DNA of 64,000 bases from a bacterium (GTDB lineage: Bacteria; Electryoneota; Electryoneia; Electryoneales; Electryoneaceae): NCBI GenBank assembly GCA_963675295.2, contig CAXXKJ010000001.1, forward strand, positions 32,043 to 96,042, given 5' to 3'. Position numbers and translations under genes: made by a program. The notes under the pieces were generated by a model that ran no database searches, was not told the origin of the DNA, and was given only the letters and a program-made list of their open reading frames with translations. The number at the start of each line of letters is the position of its first letter. Within the stretch, counting starts at the first letter, position 1. Below are positions 25,000-33,968 of this stretch, piece after piece.

Positions 25000-27151
25000 T
25001 TCCACATCCCAGGGAGCCCTGAACACCGCGAAGCTCGAGACGTTCTACTACGACAACCAGATCGTCAAGATGTTCGCGATCGCCAGCAGTGTCTTCGGTG
25101 TCGTCGGCATGCTGGTCGGGTTGTTGGCTGCACTGCAGCTGTTCATTCCCGAGCTGAACCTGGGCACGGCGTACACCACGTTCGGACGTATCCGTCCGCT
25201 GCACACCAACGCCGTCATCTTTGCGTTCGTCGGCAACGCCATCTTCATGGGCGTGTACCATTCGTTGCCACGCCTGCTGAAAACGCCGATGGCGTCACGT
25301 CTGCTCAGCCGCCTGCACTTCTGGGGCTGGCAACTGATCATCGTCTCGGCGGCGGTCACGTTGCCGCTGGGACTGACCACGTCCAAGGAATATGCCGAAC
25401 TCGAATGGCCGATCGACATCGCCATCGCGGTGGTCTGGGTCATCTTCGGCATCAACATGTTGTGGACGATCCTGCAACGGCGGGAACGGCACCTCTACGT
25501 CGCGATCTGGTTCTACATCGCGACCTGGGTGACTGTGGCGATGCTGCACATCGTGAACAGCTTCGAAATCCCGGTCAACCTGATCAAGAGCTACTCGCTG
25601 TACGCCGGTGTGCAGGACGCGCTCGTGCAGTGGTGGTATGGTCATAACGCCGTCGCGTTCTTCCTCACCACGCCGTACCTCGGGCTGATGTACTACTACC
25701 TGCCCAAGGCGGCGAACCGGCCGGTGTACAGCTACCGTCTGTCGATCATCCACTTCTGGGCGCTGATCTTCATCTACATCTGGGCCGGTCCGCACCACCT
25801 GCTGTATTCCTCCCTGCCGGATTGGGCGCAGAGCCTCGGCACCGTCTTCAGCATCATGCTGATCGCGCCAAGTTGGGGCGGGATGCTGAACGGGCTGCTG
25901 ACCCTGCGCGGAGCGTGGGACAAGGTCCGCGAAGATCCGGTGCTGAAGTTCATGGTCGTCGCGGTTACCGCGTACGGCATGGCGACGCTCGAAGGTCCGA
26001 TGCTGTCGCTGAAGTCCGTGAACGCCCTCAGCCACTTCACCGACTGGACCATCGCGCACGTACACGTCGGCGCGCTCGGCTGGAACGGTTTCCTCACCTT
26101 CGGTATCCTCTACTGGCTGATTCCGAACATGTGGAAGACGAAGCTGTGGTCACGGCCGCTCGCCAACTTCCACTTCTGGATCGGTACACTCGGCATCCTG
26201 ATCTACGTGATCCCGATGTACGTCGCCGGCATCACCCAGTCGCTGATGTGGAAGCAGTTCACCGCGGACGGGTTCCTGCAGTATCCGAACTTCCTCGAAA
26301 CCGTGCTGCAGATCGTGCCGATGTACATCACCCGCGCGGTCGGCGGCGGCATGTTCTTCATCGGCATGTTCGTGATGGCATTCAACCTGATCATGACCGC
26401 GAAGCAGGGGTCGTTCGTCGCCAATGAAAAGGCGCACGCCGCACCGCTGACCCCGGAAAAGCCGCACGCGGAAAAGGAATACTACCACCGCTGGATCGAA
26501 AAGCGGCCGATGCGTTTCCTGTTGCTTGCCTTCATCGCGGTCGTCATCGGCGGACTGCTGGAAATGGTGCCGATGTTCGTCATCCAGTCGAATGTGCCCA
26601 GCATCAGCACCGTCAAGCCGTACACACCGCTGGAACTCGAGGGACGCGACATCTACATCCGCGAGGGCTGCGTTTCCTGTCACTCGCAGCTGGTACGGCC
26701 GTTCCGGTCCGAAACCGAACGCTACGGCGAGTATTCCAAGTCCGGTGAGTATGTCTACGACCACCCGTTCCTGTGGGGCTCGAAACGTACCGGGCCGGAC
26801 TTGCACCGAGTCGGCGGGAAATATCCGGACGCGTGGCATTACAACCACATGCTCGAGCCGACTTCGATGTCGCCGGGGTCGTTGATGCCGCCGTTCCCAT
26901 GGCTGATCACCGACAAGCTGGACTACATGAACATCGGCGACAAGATCGTTGCATTGCGCAGGATCGGCGTTCCCTACCCGGACGGCTTCGAGGATGAAGC
27001 CGAGACGGTGCTGGAAACGCAGGCCTGGGAAATCGCTCAGAACCTGGAAAACCAGGGTGTCGAGGTCGCGGCGGATCGCGAGATCATTGCCTTGATCGCG
27101 TACCTGCAACGCCTGGGCACGGACATCAAACCCGCTATGGCGCAACCGTAG
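24983..27151 (+). CDS. ccoNO: cbb3-type cytochrome c oxidase, fused subunits I and II (CcoN-CcoO)
   Basis: A single 722-aa ORF. The N-terminal ~470 aa form a polytopic heme-copper subunit (IHFWALIFIYIWAGPHHL, HVHVGALGW). The C-terminal ~200 aa have a TM anchor and a CVSCH heme-c site typical of CcoO. Confidence 0.93.
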   Translation: MSHSGDSTSQGALNTAKLETFYYDNQIVKMFAIASSVFGVVGMLVGLLAALQLFIPELNLGTAYTTFGRIRPLHTNAVIFAFVGNAIFMGVYHSLPRLLKTPMASRLLSRLHFWGWQLIIVSAAVTLPLGLTTSKEYAELEWPIDIAIAVVWVIFGINMLWTILQRRERHLYVAIWFYIATWVTVAMLHIVNSFEIPVNLIKSYSLYAGVQDALVQWWYGHNAVAFFLTTPYLGLMYYYLPKAANRPVYSYRLSIIHFWALIFIYIWAGPHHLLYSSLPDWAQSLGTVFSIMLIAPSWGGMLNGLLTLRGAWDKVREDPVLKFMVVAVTAYGMATLEGPMLSLKSVNALSHFTDWTIAHVHVGALGWNGFLTFGILYWLIPNMWKTKLWSRPLANFHFWIGTLGILIYVIPMYVAGITQSLMWKQFTADGFLQYPNFLETVLQIVPMYITRAVGGGMFFIGMFVMAFNLIMTAKQGSFVANEKAHAAPLTPEKPHAEKEYYHRWIEKRPMRFLLLAFIAVVIGGLLEMVPMFVIQSNVPSISTVKPYTPLELEGRDIYIREGCVSCHSQLVRPFRSETERYGEYSKSGEYVYDHPFLWGSKRTGPDLHRVGGKYPDAWHYNHMLEPTSMSPGSLMPPFPWLITDKLDYMNIGDKIVALRRIGVPYPDGFEDEAETVLETQAWEIAQNLENQGVEVAADREIIALIAYLQRLGTDIKPAMAQP

Positions 27152-27165
27152 AGAGGAGGCCCCCC

Positions 27166-27357
27166 ATGCTAAGCGAATTGCTGCAACCGTTTACCATCGG
27201 ACTCGGTGCCTACCCCACGGTGTCCGTGGTGATCTTCTTCACCGTGTTCATCGCTGCCCTGTGGCAGATGATCCGGATGGACAAAACGTATCTCGAGGAG
27301 ATGAGCTCGATGCCCCTCGATTCCGATGACACCGTCAACTCTGACCGGGAGGACTGA
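27166..27357 (+). CDS. small single-TM protein in the CcoQ position
   Basis: 63 aa with one TM helix (VSVVIFFTVFIAALW). It lies between ccoNO and ccoP. The call rests on position and topology only. Confidence 0.6.
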   Translation: MLSELLQPFTIGLGAYPTVSVVIFFTVFIAALWQMIRMDKTYLEEMSSMPLDSDDTVNSDRED

Positions 27358-27361
27358 ATCC

Positions 27362-28045
27362 ATGCCGAAGAAGAAGCAAATGGATGAACTGTTCGACCAC
27401 GATTTTGACGGCATCCAGGAATACGATAACGACATGCCGCGTTGGTGGGTGAACCTGTTCTACGTCACCATCGTCTTCGCCTTCATCTACCTGCTGTGGT
27501 ATCACGTCACCGGCTTCGGGGATTCGTCCGCCGTGCGCTACGAAAAGCAGGTCGACCCGACCTACACCCGGCTGCCGGAAGACCAGGGTCCGAGCTTGAT
27601 GGACTATGTGTTCAAGCCCGCGCACACCGTGTGGCACAACCCGTACCCCGAAGTGACACAGGCGAGCCTGTTCAGCGGGCAGTCGCTGGTCGCGGAAGTT
27701 GAACAGGAACCGGTAGATACCACCGTCGTGATGCTCACTGCGGATGCCGAAATCGCTGCCGGAAAAGGGATTTACGACCAATACTGCTTTTCCTGTCACG
27801 GACGTGTCGGCGAGGGCGGCATCGGCCCGAACCTGACCGACGACTACTGGATTCACGGTGGACGCTTTGCGGATGTCGTGCACACGATCAAAAAGGGTGT
27901 TCCGCTGAACGGCATGATCGCGTGGGAACGCAGCCTGAGCCCGGACCAGATCATCCAGGTCGCGAGCTACGTCGAAACCCTGCGCGGAACCGAACCCTCG
28001 AACGGCAAGGCACCGCAGGGCGATCTGTACGCCGCGGCGGAATAG
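27362..28045 (+). CDS. ccoP: cbb3 oxidase subunit III (CcoP), apparently monoheme
   Basis: ATG 27362 within ORF 27326..28045. It has the FixP N-terminal motif DGIQEYDNDMPRWW, a TM helix, and one CxxCH (CFSCH). Confidence 0.88.
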   Translation: MPKKKQMDELFDHDFDGIQEYDNDMPRWWVNLFYVTIVFAFIYLLWYHVTGFGDSSAVRYEKQVDPTYTRLPEDQGPSLMDYVFKPAHTVWHNPYPEVTQASLFSGQSLVAEVEQEPVDTTVVMLTADAEIAAGKGIYDQYCFSCHGRVGEGGIGPNLTDDYWIHGGRFADVVHTIKKGVPLNGMIAWERSLSPDQIIQVASYVETLRGTEPSNGKAPQGDLYAAAE

Positions 28046-28054
28046 AAGGATGTA

Positions 28055-28086
28055 ACGGGGACACTTACAGGAGTAAGTGTCCCCGT
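28055..28086 (+). repeat. REP-A hairpin, probable terminator of ccoNO-Q-P
   Basis: ACGGGGACACTTAC-agga-GTAAGTGTCCCCGT, 10 nt after the ccoP stop. Confidence 0.75.
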
Positions 28087-28210
28087 GCACTGAACACTGG
28101 CAAATGATAACCGTCCTCTGCCATGTGCCAGCTTTCACACAGGTTGTACCAACATCTGGCCAGCCGTGCGTCCGTGACTCCCCTGGCCCCCAGCAAGAAC
28201 CGAGGACTCG

Positions 28211-29659
28211 ATGATCAACATCGTGACCGACCAGAACGACAACGAATCCCGGGATGAAGTCCACGGTGCCGGAGAAGCGTTCCGGCAACGCATCGCCACG
28301 GTGGACGAGCAGGGTCAACGCAAGTGGGTGTACCCGCAGAAGCCAAAGGGACGGTATCACCTTGCCCGCGCGTGGGTCGCCGCGTTTCTCGTTGTCCTGT
28401 TCTTCTCCGCGCCGTGGATCAAGATCAACGGGCACCCGTTGTTGCTGGTCAACATCCTCGACCGCCGCTTCTCCATTCTCGGTGTCCCGTTCTGGCCGCA
28501 GGATGCGATCTACTTTGTTATCGCGTTCATCTCGATGGTCGTCTTTCTGCTGTTGTTCACCGTCATATGGGGACGTCTGTGGTGCGGCTGGGCCTGCCCG
28601 CAGACGATCTTCATGGAAATGGTATTCCGCAAGATCGAGTACTTTTTCGAGGGTGGACCGTCCAAGCAGCGCCGTCTCAAGTCCAAGTCGTGGGATTTCG
28701 ACAAGCTGTGGCGCAAGGGCGGGAAGTGGCTGACCTTCTTCATCGTCTCGTTCGCCGTTGCCAACACCTTCATGGCCTATTTCGTCGGCACCGACGGCTT
28801 CCTCGCGCGCATTTCCGGCAGCCCCGGCGAACACATGGGCGCCTTCATCGGCGTACTCGGTTTCACCGGCCTGTTCTACTTCATCTTCGCGTGGTTCCGG
28901 GAGCAGGCGTGTACGTTGTTGTGCCCGTACGCACGGCTACAGGGCGTGCTGCTTGACAATGACAGCGTCGCGGTGACGTATGACTTCACCCGTGGCGAGG
29001 AACGCATGCCGGCGAACAAGGCGAAGAAAACCCAGCTCGCGGGCGATTGCATCGATTGCTATTCCTGCGTCAAGGTGTGTCCGACCGGGATCGATATCCG
29101 GAACGGCATCCAGCTCGAATGCATCAACTGCACCGCATGCATGGATGCCTGCGACAGCGTAATGGACAAATACAACCGGCCACGCGGCCTGATCCGGTAT
29201 GCGTCCTACAACATGGTCAAGAATGGGACCAAGTTCCGGTTCACCCCGCGTGTGATCGGTTACCTCGTCATCTTCGCGATCCTGATCAGCGTGTTTGTTA
29301 CCATGCTGGCGCTGCGCAGTGACGTCGAAACCACCATCCTGCGAACACCCGGCCAGCTGTTCCAGGAAGTGGATGGAGGCGCGACGATCCAGAACCTGTA
29401 CAACCTGAAAGTGGTTAACAAGACGTACGAGCCGATGCCGCTGCACCTGAAGCTGATTGAACCGGCGGGTGGCCACATCCAGCTCGTCGGCACCGATCTG
29501 CACATTGACGCCGAGGGTATTCTTGAACAAGCGTTCTTCGTCACCCTGCCGCGTGGTGTGCTGGACCCGTTGAAGACGCCGATCAAGATCGAGGTCAGCA
29601 ACGACGAGGACGTGCTCGAGACCGTCAAGACGAACTTCATGGGGCCGGCAGCTCCCTGA
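28211..29659 (+). CDS. ccoG: cbb3 oxidase accessory ferredoxin-type protein CcoG/FixG
   Basis: It has TM helices, a CGWACPQT motif, and two 4Fe-4S motifs (CIDCYSCVKVCP and CINCTACMDACD). Confidence 0.9.
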   Translation: MINIVTDQNDNESRDEVHGAGEAFRQRIATVDEQGQRKWVYPQKPKGRYHLARAWVAAFLVVLFFSAPWIKINGHPLLLVNILDRRFSILGVPFWPQDAIYFVIAFISMVVFLLLFTVIWGRLWCGWACPQTIFMEMVFRKIEYFFEGGPSKQRRLKSKSWDFDKLWRKGGKWLTFFIVSFAVANTFMAYFVGTDGFLARISGSPGEHMGAFIGVLGFTGLFYFIFAWFREQACTLLCPYARLQGVLLDNDSVAVTYDFTRGEERMPANKAKKTQLAGDCIDCYSCVKVCPTGIDIRNGIQLECINCTACMDACDSVMDKYNRPRGLIRYASYNMVKNGTKFRFTPRVIGYLVIFAILISVFVTMLALRSDVETTILRTPGQLFQEVDGGATIQNLYNLKVVNKTYEPMPLHLKLIEPAGGHIQLVGTDLHIDAEGILEQAFFVTLPRGVLDPLKTPIKIEVSNDEDVLETVKTNFMGPAAP

Positions 29660-29663
29660 ACCA

Positions 29664-30170
29664 ATGCAACAGACGCAGAAGAAGCCACAGATGCCAGAAA
29701 CACAACAGACGAAGAAAAAATCCGGCGAACCGTGGGCGATCGGCATCGCGCTGGTGCTGGTCGTGTTCGTGATCAGCCTGATCGGCTTCATTATCTTCGC
29801 GTCGCTGCAGAGCCGTGATCTCGTCGAGGACCGCTATTACGAACGCGGGCTCGAGTACGATTCCCGCATCGACCAGCTCGAACGCTCGCAGCAGGACAGC
29901 ACGCTCGCATGGAGACTGGACGCCGGCAAACGCACGCTGACTTTCCTGTTCCCCGGTGACCTCAGCCCGGCTGCAGGTTTCACGGGCGAGGTGGTGCTGT
30001 ATCGCCCGTCGGACGCCTCGATGGACCGTACCTTCCTGCTCGAGTTTGACATCTCCGGCGAACAACTTGTCGACCTGCGGGATCTGCCACGCGGCAACTG
30101 GAAAGCGAAAATCAGCTGGACGGTTAACGACGAAGACTACTACCAGGAAGCCGCATTGTATCTTCCGTGA
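29664..30170 (+). CDS. ccoH: FixH-family protein (CcoH position)
   Basis: 168 aa. The Q/K-rich N-terminus is followed by one TM helix (WAIGIALVLVVFVISLIGFIIF) and a soluble domain. It lies directly after ccoG. Confidence 0.7.
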   Translation: MQQTQKKPQMPETQQTKKKSGEPWAIGIALVLVVFVISLIGFIIFASLQSRDLVEDRYYERGLEYDSRIDQLERSQQDSTLAWRLDAGKRTLTFLFPGDLSPAAGFTGEVVLYRPSDASMDRTFLLEFDISGEQLVDLRDLPRGNWKAKISWTVNDEDYYQEAALYLP

Positions 30171-30203
30171 TGCCCCCCATCACCGAAGCTGGATGGATGT
30201 GCC

Positions 30204-30938
30204 ATGTTTGAGACCTACGTCATCGCCACCGCGTTTCCGCTTGGGTTTATCGGCGGCCTGCACTGCATCGGTATGTGCGGCCCGATCGTGGTCGCACTCT
30301 CCCGCAAGCAGGGCAAGAGCTGGCGCGGGCTGACCTCACGGCTGGCGTACAACATCGGCCGTATCCTCACCTACATGCTGCTCGGCGTGTTCGTCGGTGT
30401 GCTCGCGGAAGGCTTCCGCATGGCGGGCTATCAACGCTGGGTCTCCATCGCCATCGGGGTGATTCTGCTCATTGGCGTGCTGCTGCCCGCGAAATGGATC
30501 AACAAAATCCTGCCGCAGCAATTGACGACCGGCCCGACCACCTGGATCCGAAAGCTCTGGGCGAAGCTACCACAGTCGAATTCCGCCCCGACACAACTGG
30601 TGATCGGTATCCTCAACGGCTTCCTGCCGTGCGGCCTGGTCTACACCGCCGCTGCCGCCGCCAGCGCGATGGGATCAATGGAGCAGTCGGTCGCCTACAT
30701 GGCATGGTTCGGACTCGGAACCATTCCAGCGCTGCTTCTCACCAGCTATGCCGGCATGGCGATCCTCAACCGGTTCCGCATTTCCTACCGTAAACTGACC
30801 ACGATCGCCGTCGCCAGTGTCGCCGTGCTGCTGATTCTACGCGGCATGAACCTCGGCATTCCCTACATCAGCCCGAAGATCCAGAAAGACCAGGCGAGCG
30901 GAAAGGTGACCATGGACTGCTGCCATCCGGGGGAGTAA
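30204..30938 (+). CDS. TauE/SafE-like polytopic membrane protein associated with cbb3 loci
   Basis: 244 aa with multiple TM helices and a GGLHCIGMCGPI motif. It is the last gene of the cco cluster, as in Bacteroidetes-type loci (from memory). Confidence 0.6.
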   Translation: MFETYVIATAFPLGFIGGLHCIGMCGPIVVALSRKQGKSWRGLTSRLAYNIGRILTYMLLGVFVGVLAEGFRMAGYQRWVSIAIGVILLIGVLLPAKWINKILPQQLTTGPTTWIRKLWAKLPQSNSAPTQLVIGILNGFLPCGLVYTAAAAASAMGSMEQSVAYMAWFGLGTIPALLLTSYAGMAILNRFRISYRKLTTIAVASVAVLLILRGMNLGIPYISPKIQKDQASGKVTMDCCHPGE

Positions 30939-30954
30939 GCTGGAGCTGGAAAAA

Positions 30955-30978
30955 GGCTGTCCGTGAGCACGGACAACC
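30955..30978. terminator. bidirectional terminator hairpin between convergent genes
   Basis: GGCTGTCCGT-gagc-ACGGACAACC has one mismatch. It is flanked by AAAAA on one side and CTTTT on the other. Confidence 0.6.
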
Positions 30979-31002
30979 CTTTTCAGAGTTTCAAACGAGT
31001 GT

Positions 31003-31461
31003 TTACCCCAGCTGCACCGTAAGCGTTTTCTCTGCCACCGTGACTGGATAAACCGTCAGGTTGTCCTTCGCCGAACCGCGCACAAATTCACCCGAATACT
31101 CGAACGTCGACTTGCCGAGGCTGCAACACTGTACCGTGCCCGCACCGGGAACCGGATCGAGCTGCCGCTTGCCGTGCGTGCACTCGTTCTTGAACGCGTG
31201 GTACTCGCCATCATCCCCATGCACCACCAGCACCCGTTGCGGCAGAGATTCCGCTTCAAACCGCAGCGCCTGCCCGGGACGTGCCAGCTCGCCCGCCTTG
31301 CTCAGGTCAATGGTCAGGTTGCCGTCCGCGAACGACCAGCACTCGTCGTTACGCGGCACCTCGGTCAGGCATTTGCCCAGCAGTCGCTTGAAAAATCCGA
31401 TCCGGTTGTCCCTGGACGGATCGCTCTTGAATGTCGTCTCACTCATCCGTCTTTCCCTCAC
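31003..31461 (-). CDS. Rieske-fold-like protein with incomplete ligand set, last gene of the hyp operon
   Basis: Box 1 is CTHGKRQLD (CxH). In the box-2 position the sequence reads QCCSLGKSTF instead of CPCHGSxF, so I see no second His. It lies 24 nt downstream of hypE on the same strand. Confidence 0.6.
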   Translation of the reverse strand: MRERRMSETTFKSDPSRDNRIGFFKRLLGKCLTEVPRNDECWSFADGNLTIDLSKAGELARPGQALRFEAESLPQRVLVVHGDDGEYHAFKNECTHGKRQLDPVPGAGTVQCCSLGKSTFEYSGEFVRGSAKDNLTVYPVTVAEKTLTVQLG

Positions 31462-31485
31462 GACTCGTTTCGACTCGAGACAATA

Positions 31486-32547
31486 TCAACAAATCCGCGG
31501 CAACTGCTCACCACTCAGCAACGCCAGCTGATGACGGACTCCATATGGCGTCAGCAACGACACCGCTCCCGGTTGCCGCTGATCGTTCACCGTGCCAACA
31601 CGCACCGCGCCCGCACTCACCTCCAACGCACGCAGCACCTCCAGAGCCTTGTCCGCCTGGGCGTCCGGCACCATCACGACAAACCGGCCCTCGTTGGCGA
31701 CGTGAATCGGGTCAATACCGAGCAGTTCGCCCAACGCTCGCGTGGTGTCCAGCACCGGCACCCGCTCCTGTTCCACATCAAAGTGCAGGCCGGACGATTC
31801 CGCCAGCTCGCACAACGCCGCCGCCAGGCCGCCACGGGTCAGATCCCGCAGGCAGTGCACCTCGACGCCGCTGTCCAGCAACGCCTGCACCGCAACCGCC
31901 ACCGGTGCCGAATCACTGGCCAGATCCGACTGGAAGCCGAGGTCGTTCCGCGTCGCGAGGATGGTCAAGCCGTGCCGTCCGATATCGCCGCTGACCAGGA
32001 TCGCGTCACCCGACGCGATCCGTTCCGGGCCGACACACACACCCTGTGGCACCACGCCGATCCCGGCCGTATTAATATACAGCCCGTCACCCTTGCCACG
32101 GTCAACAACTTTCGTATCTCCGGTGACCAGGATGACATCGGATGCGTCCGCCGCTGCGCGCATGCTCGCGGTAACCTTCTCCAGCACCGTCATCTCGAGC
32201 CCTTCCTCGAGAATGAATCCGGCGCTCAGGTAGAGCGGTTTCGCGCCCGCCATCGCGAGATCGTTGACCGTGCCATGAACCGCCAGCGAGCCGATGTCGC
32301 CGCCGGGGAAAAACAGGGGGGAGATGACGTAGGAGTCCGTGGTGAACGCGAGGTCACCGTCCGGAGCGGTCAGACGGGCGGCGTCGTGTTCGGCGGTGTA
32401 GCCGTCGCGGGCGAAGGTTTTCGCGAACACGTTCTGGATCAGGTCACGCATCAACGTACCGCCGCCGCCATGGGCAAGCAGCACGCGATCATGCTTGCTC
32501 AGCGGCATCGGGCACGCCATGTCCGCCGGATTGATCGGATCAGCCAT
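31486..32547 (-). CDS. hypE: hydrogenase maturation carbamoyl dehydratase HypE
   Basis: AIR-synthase-like fold with the diagnostic C-terminal PRIC. Confidence 0.95.
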   Translation of the reverse strand: MADPINPADMACPMPLSKHDRVLLAHGGGGTLMRDLIQNVFAKTFARDGYTAEHDAARLTAPDGDLAFTTDSYVISPLFFPGGDIGSLAVHGTVNDLAMAGAKPLYLSAGFILEEGLEMTVLEKVTASMRAAADASDVILVTGDTKVVDRGKGDGLYINTAGIGVVPQGVCVGPERIASGDAILVSGDIGRHGLTILATRNDLGFQSDLASDSAPVAVAVQALLDSGVEVHCLRDLTRGGLAAALCELAESSGLHFDVEQERVPVLDTTRALGELLGIDPIHVANEGRFVVMVPDAQADKALEVLRALEVSAGAVRVGTVNDQRQPGAVSLLTPYGVRHQLALLSGEQLPRIC

Positions 32548-33658
32548 CGCGCACCGTTTCGCTTCTCATTGCCGCCGAGGGACGATACTTCCAGTATGCC
32601 GCGCACGCGCCTTCGGACGAAACCATCGTCGCTCCGAGCGGGTGTTCCGGCGTGCATTCGACCCCGAACAACGGACAGTCTGTGGGTTTCAGACGGCCCT
32701 GTAGCACCAGTCCGCTCCGGCAACGGGGATCTTCCTGCGACTGAATGTTGCCGACATCGAACCGGCGTTCCGCATCGAATTCCGTCCACGCGTCGCGGAA
32801 CCGAAGGCCGCTCATCGGAATCGATCCCAGCCCGCGCCACTGCCGGTCGCACGGTTCGAACACTTCGTCCACCACCGCCCATGCACGCGGGTTGCCCTCC
32901 CGCTGCACCACGCGCCCGTACCGGTTGTCAACCGTAGCGGTGCCAGCCTCCAACTGCCGTACCGTCTCGAGAATTCCACTCAGAATGTCCACCGGTTCGA
33001 AGCCGGTGACGACAATTGGGATGCCGTAGTCTGCGGCGAACCGTTCGTAATCCGCAAAACCAGTTACGGTACAAACATGCCCGGCCGCGAGGAAGCCCTG
33101 GACCAGGTTTTCCGGCGAGGACAGAATCGCCTCAATCGCGGGCGGGACCAGCACATGCGCGGTCAGCAGCGACACGTTAGTCAGCCTCAGCAGACGCGCC
33201 TGCTGCGCCAGCATCGCCGTCGCCGGGGCGGTGGTCTCGAAACCGACCGCGAAGAATACCACCTGCTTGTCCGGATTTGCCTGCGCAAGCTTGATCGCGT
33301 CCAACGGCGAGTACACCATCCGCACATCGCCGCCGTTCGCCTTGACCATCAGCAGGTCTTTGTCCGTGCCCGGCACACGCATCATGTCGCCGAACGTGGT
33401 GAAAATGACGTCCTCTCGCGACGCAATCGCCAGCGCACGGTCGATGATTTCAATCGGTGTGACACACACCGGGCAACCGGGACCGTGCACCAGTGTGATC
33501 TCGTCCGGTAGCAGTTCGTCGATCCCGAAACGGACAATCGCGTGCGTCTGTCCGCCGCAGATTTCCATGATCGTCCATGGACGCGTCACCACCCGCCGCA
33601 GCTCCGCCGCCAACGTTTTCACCGTCGCTGGGTCACGGTATTCGTCGATGTACTTCAT
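32540..33658 (-). CDS. hypD: hydrogenase maturation Fe-S protein HypD
   Basis: N-terminus [10 protein letters not shown], with CGGQTH and GPGCPVCV motifs. It overlaps hypE by 8 nt. Confidence 0.95.
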   Translation of the reverse strand: MKYIDEYRDPATVKTLAAELRRVVTRPWTIMEICGGQTHAIVRFGIDELLPDEITLVHGPGCPVCVTPIEIIDRALAIASREDVIFTTFGDMMRVPGTDKDLLMVKANGGDVRMVYSPLDAIKLAQANPDKQVVFFAVGFETTAPATAMLAQQARLLRLTNVSLLTAHVLVPPAIEAILSSPENLVQGFLAAGHVCTVTGFADYERFAADYGIPIVVTGFEPVDILSGILETVRQLEAGTATVDNRYGRVVQREGNPRAWAVVDEVFEPCDRQWRGLGSIPMSGLRFRDAWTEFDAERRFDVGNIQSQEDPRCRSGLVLQGRLKPTDCPLFGVECTPEHPLGATMVSSEGACAAYWKYRPSAAMRSETVRDG

Positions 33659-33966
33659 GCGCCAGTTTCCGGTGGTGCGTTCGGGCTGCCGCTGGCCTGT
33701 TCACGACGGTCGAATTCGTCGCCATCGATCAAGCCGCCGCCCAGTTCGCCCAAGCGGCGCAGTTCGTCCAGTGTGCGTTCGGCTTCCTCTTCGTCGATCA
33801 CGTTCAGCGCGAAGCCGGCGTGCACCAGCACCCAGTCCTGTTCCATCGCGTCAGGGAGGAGCGAGAGGCTGACTTCACGCACGATTCCGTTGAAGTCAAT
33901 TTTCCCGGTGCGCAGCAAACCCTCACCGTCCACCGATACCACCCGGCCCGGTATTGCGAGGCACAT
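33655..33966 (-). CDS. hypC: hydrogenase maturation chaperone HypC with extended acidic C-terminal tail
   Basis: [11 protein letters not shown]-terminus (Cys2). At 103 aa it is longer than the HypC lengths I remember, owing to the tail [27 protein letters not shown]. Confidence 0.9.
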   Translation of the reverse strand: MCLAIPGRVVSVDGEGLLRTGKIDFNGIVREVSLSLLPDAMEQDWVLVHAGFALNVIDEEEAERTLDELRRLGELGGGLIDGDEFDRREQASGSPNAPPETGA

Positions 33967-33968
33967 GC

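Noticed and set aside
24983-28045. Fused ccoN-ccoO and single-heme CcoP as a novelty
   Set aside because: To my knowledge this arrangement (ccoI-ccoS-ccoNO-ccoQ-like-ccoP-ccoG-fixH-TauE-like) is the usual Bacteroidetes/FCB layout. It is useful as a taxonomic hint but is not new.
27335-28834. 499-aa minus-strand ORF spanning ccoP and ccoG
   Set aside because: It crosses an intergenic hairpin and two well-supported plus-strand genes, and has no motifs. It is a shadow ORF.
29664-29730. The Q/K-rich N-terminus of FixH (ATGCAACAGACGCAGAAGAAGCCACAGATGCC...) resembles the low-complexity tract at 9285..9361
   Set aside because: They share word composition (GCAACAGA, CAGATGC) but align for no more than ~8 nt. 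I treat this as coincidental purine-rich low complexity.
31174-32937. 587-aa plus-strand ORF (and similarly 34854..36467, 33231..34129)
   Set aside because: These ORFs are antisense to hypE, hypD and hypF, which carry diagnostic motifs ([12 protein letters not shown], zinc fingers). Their translations are Arg/Pro-rich nonsense.
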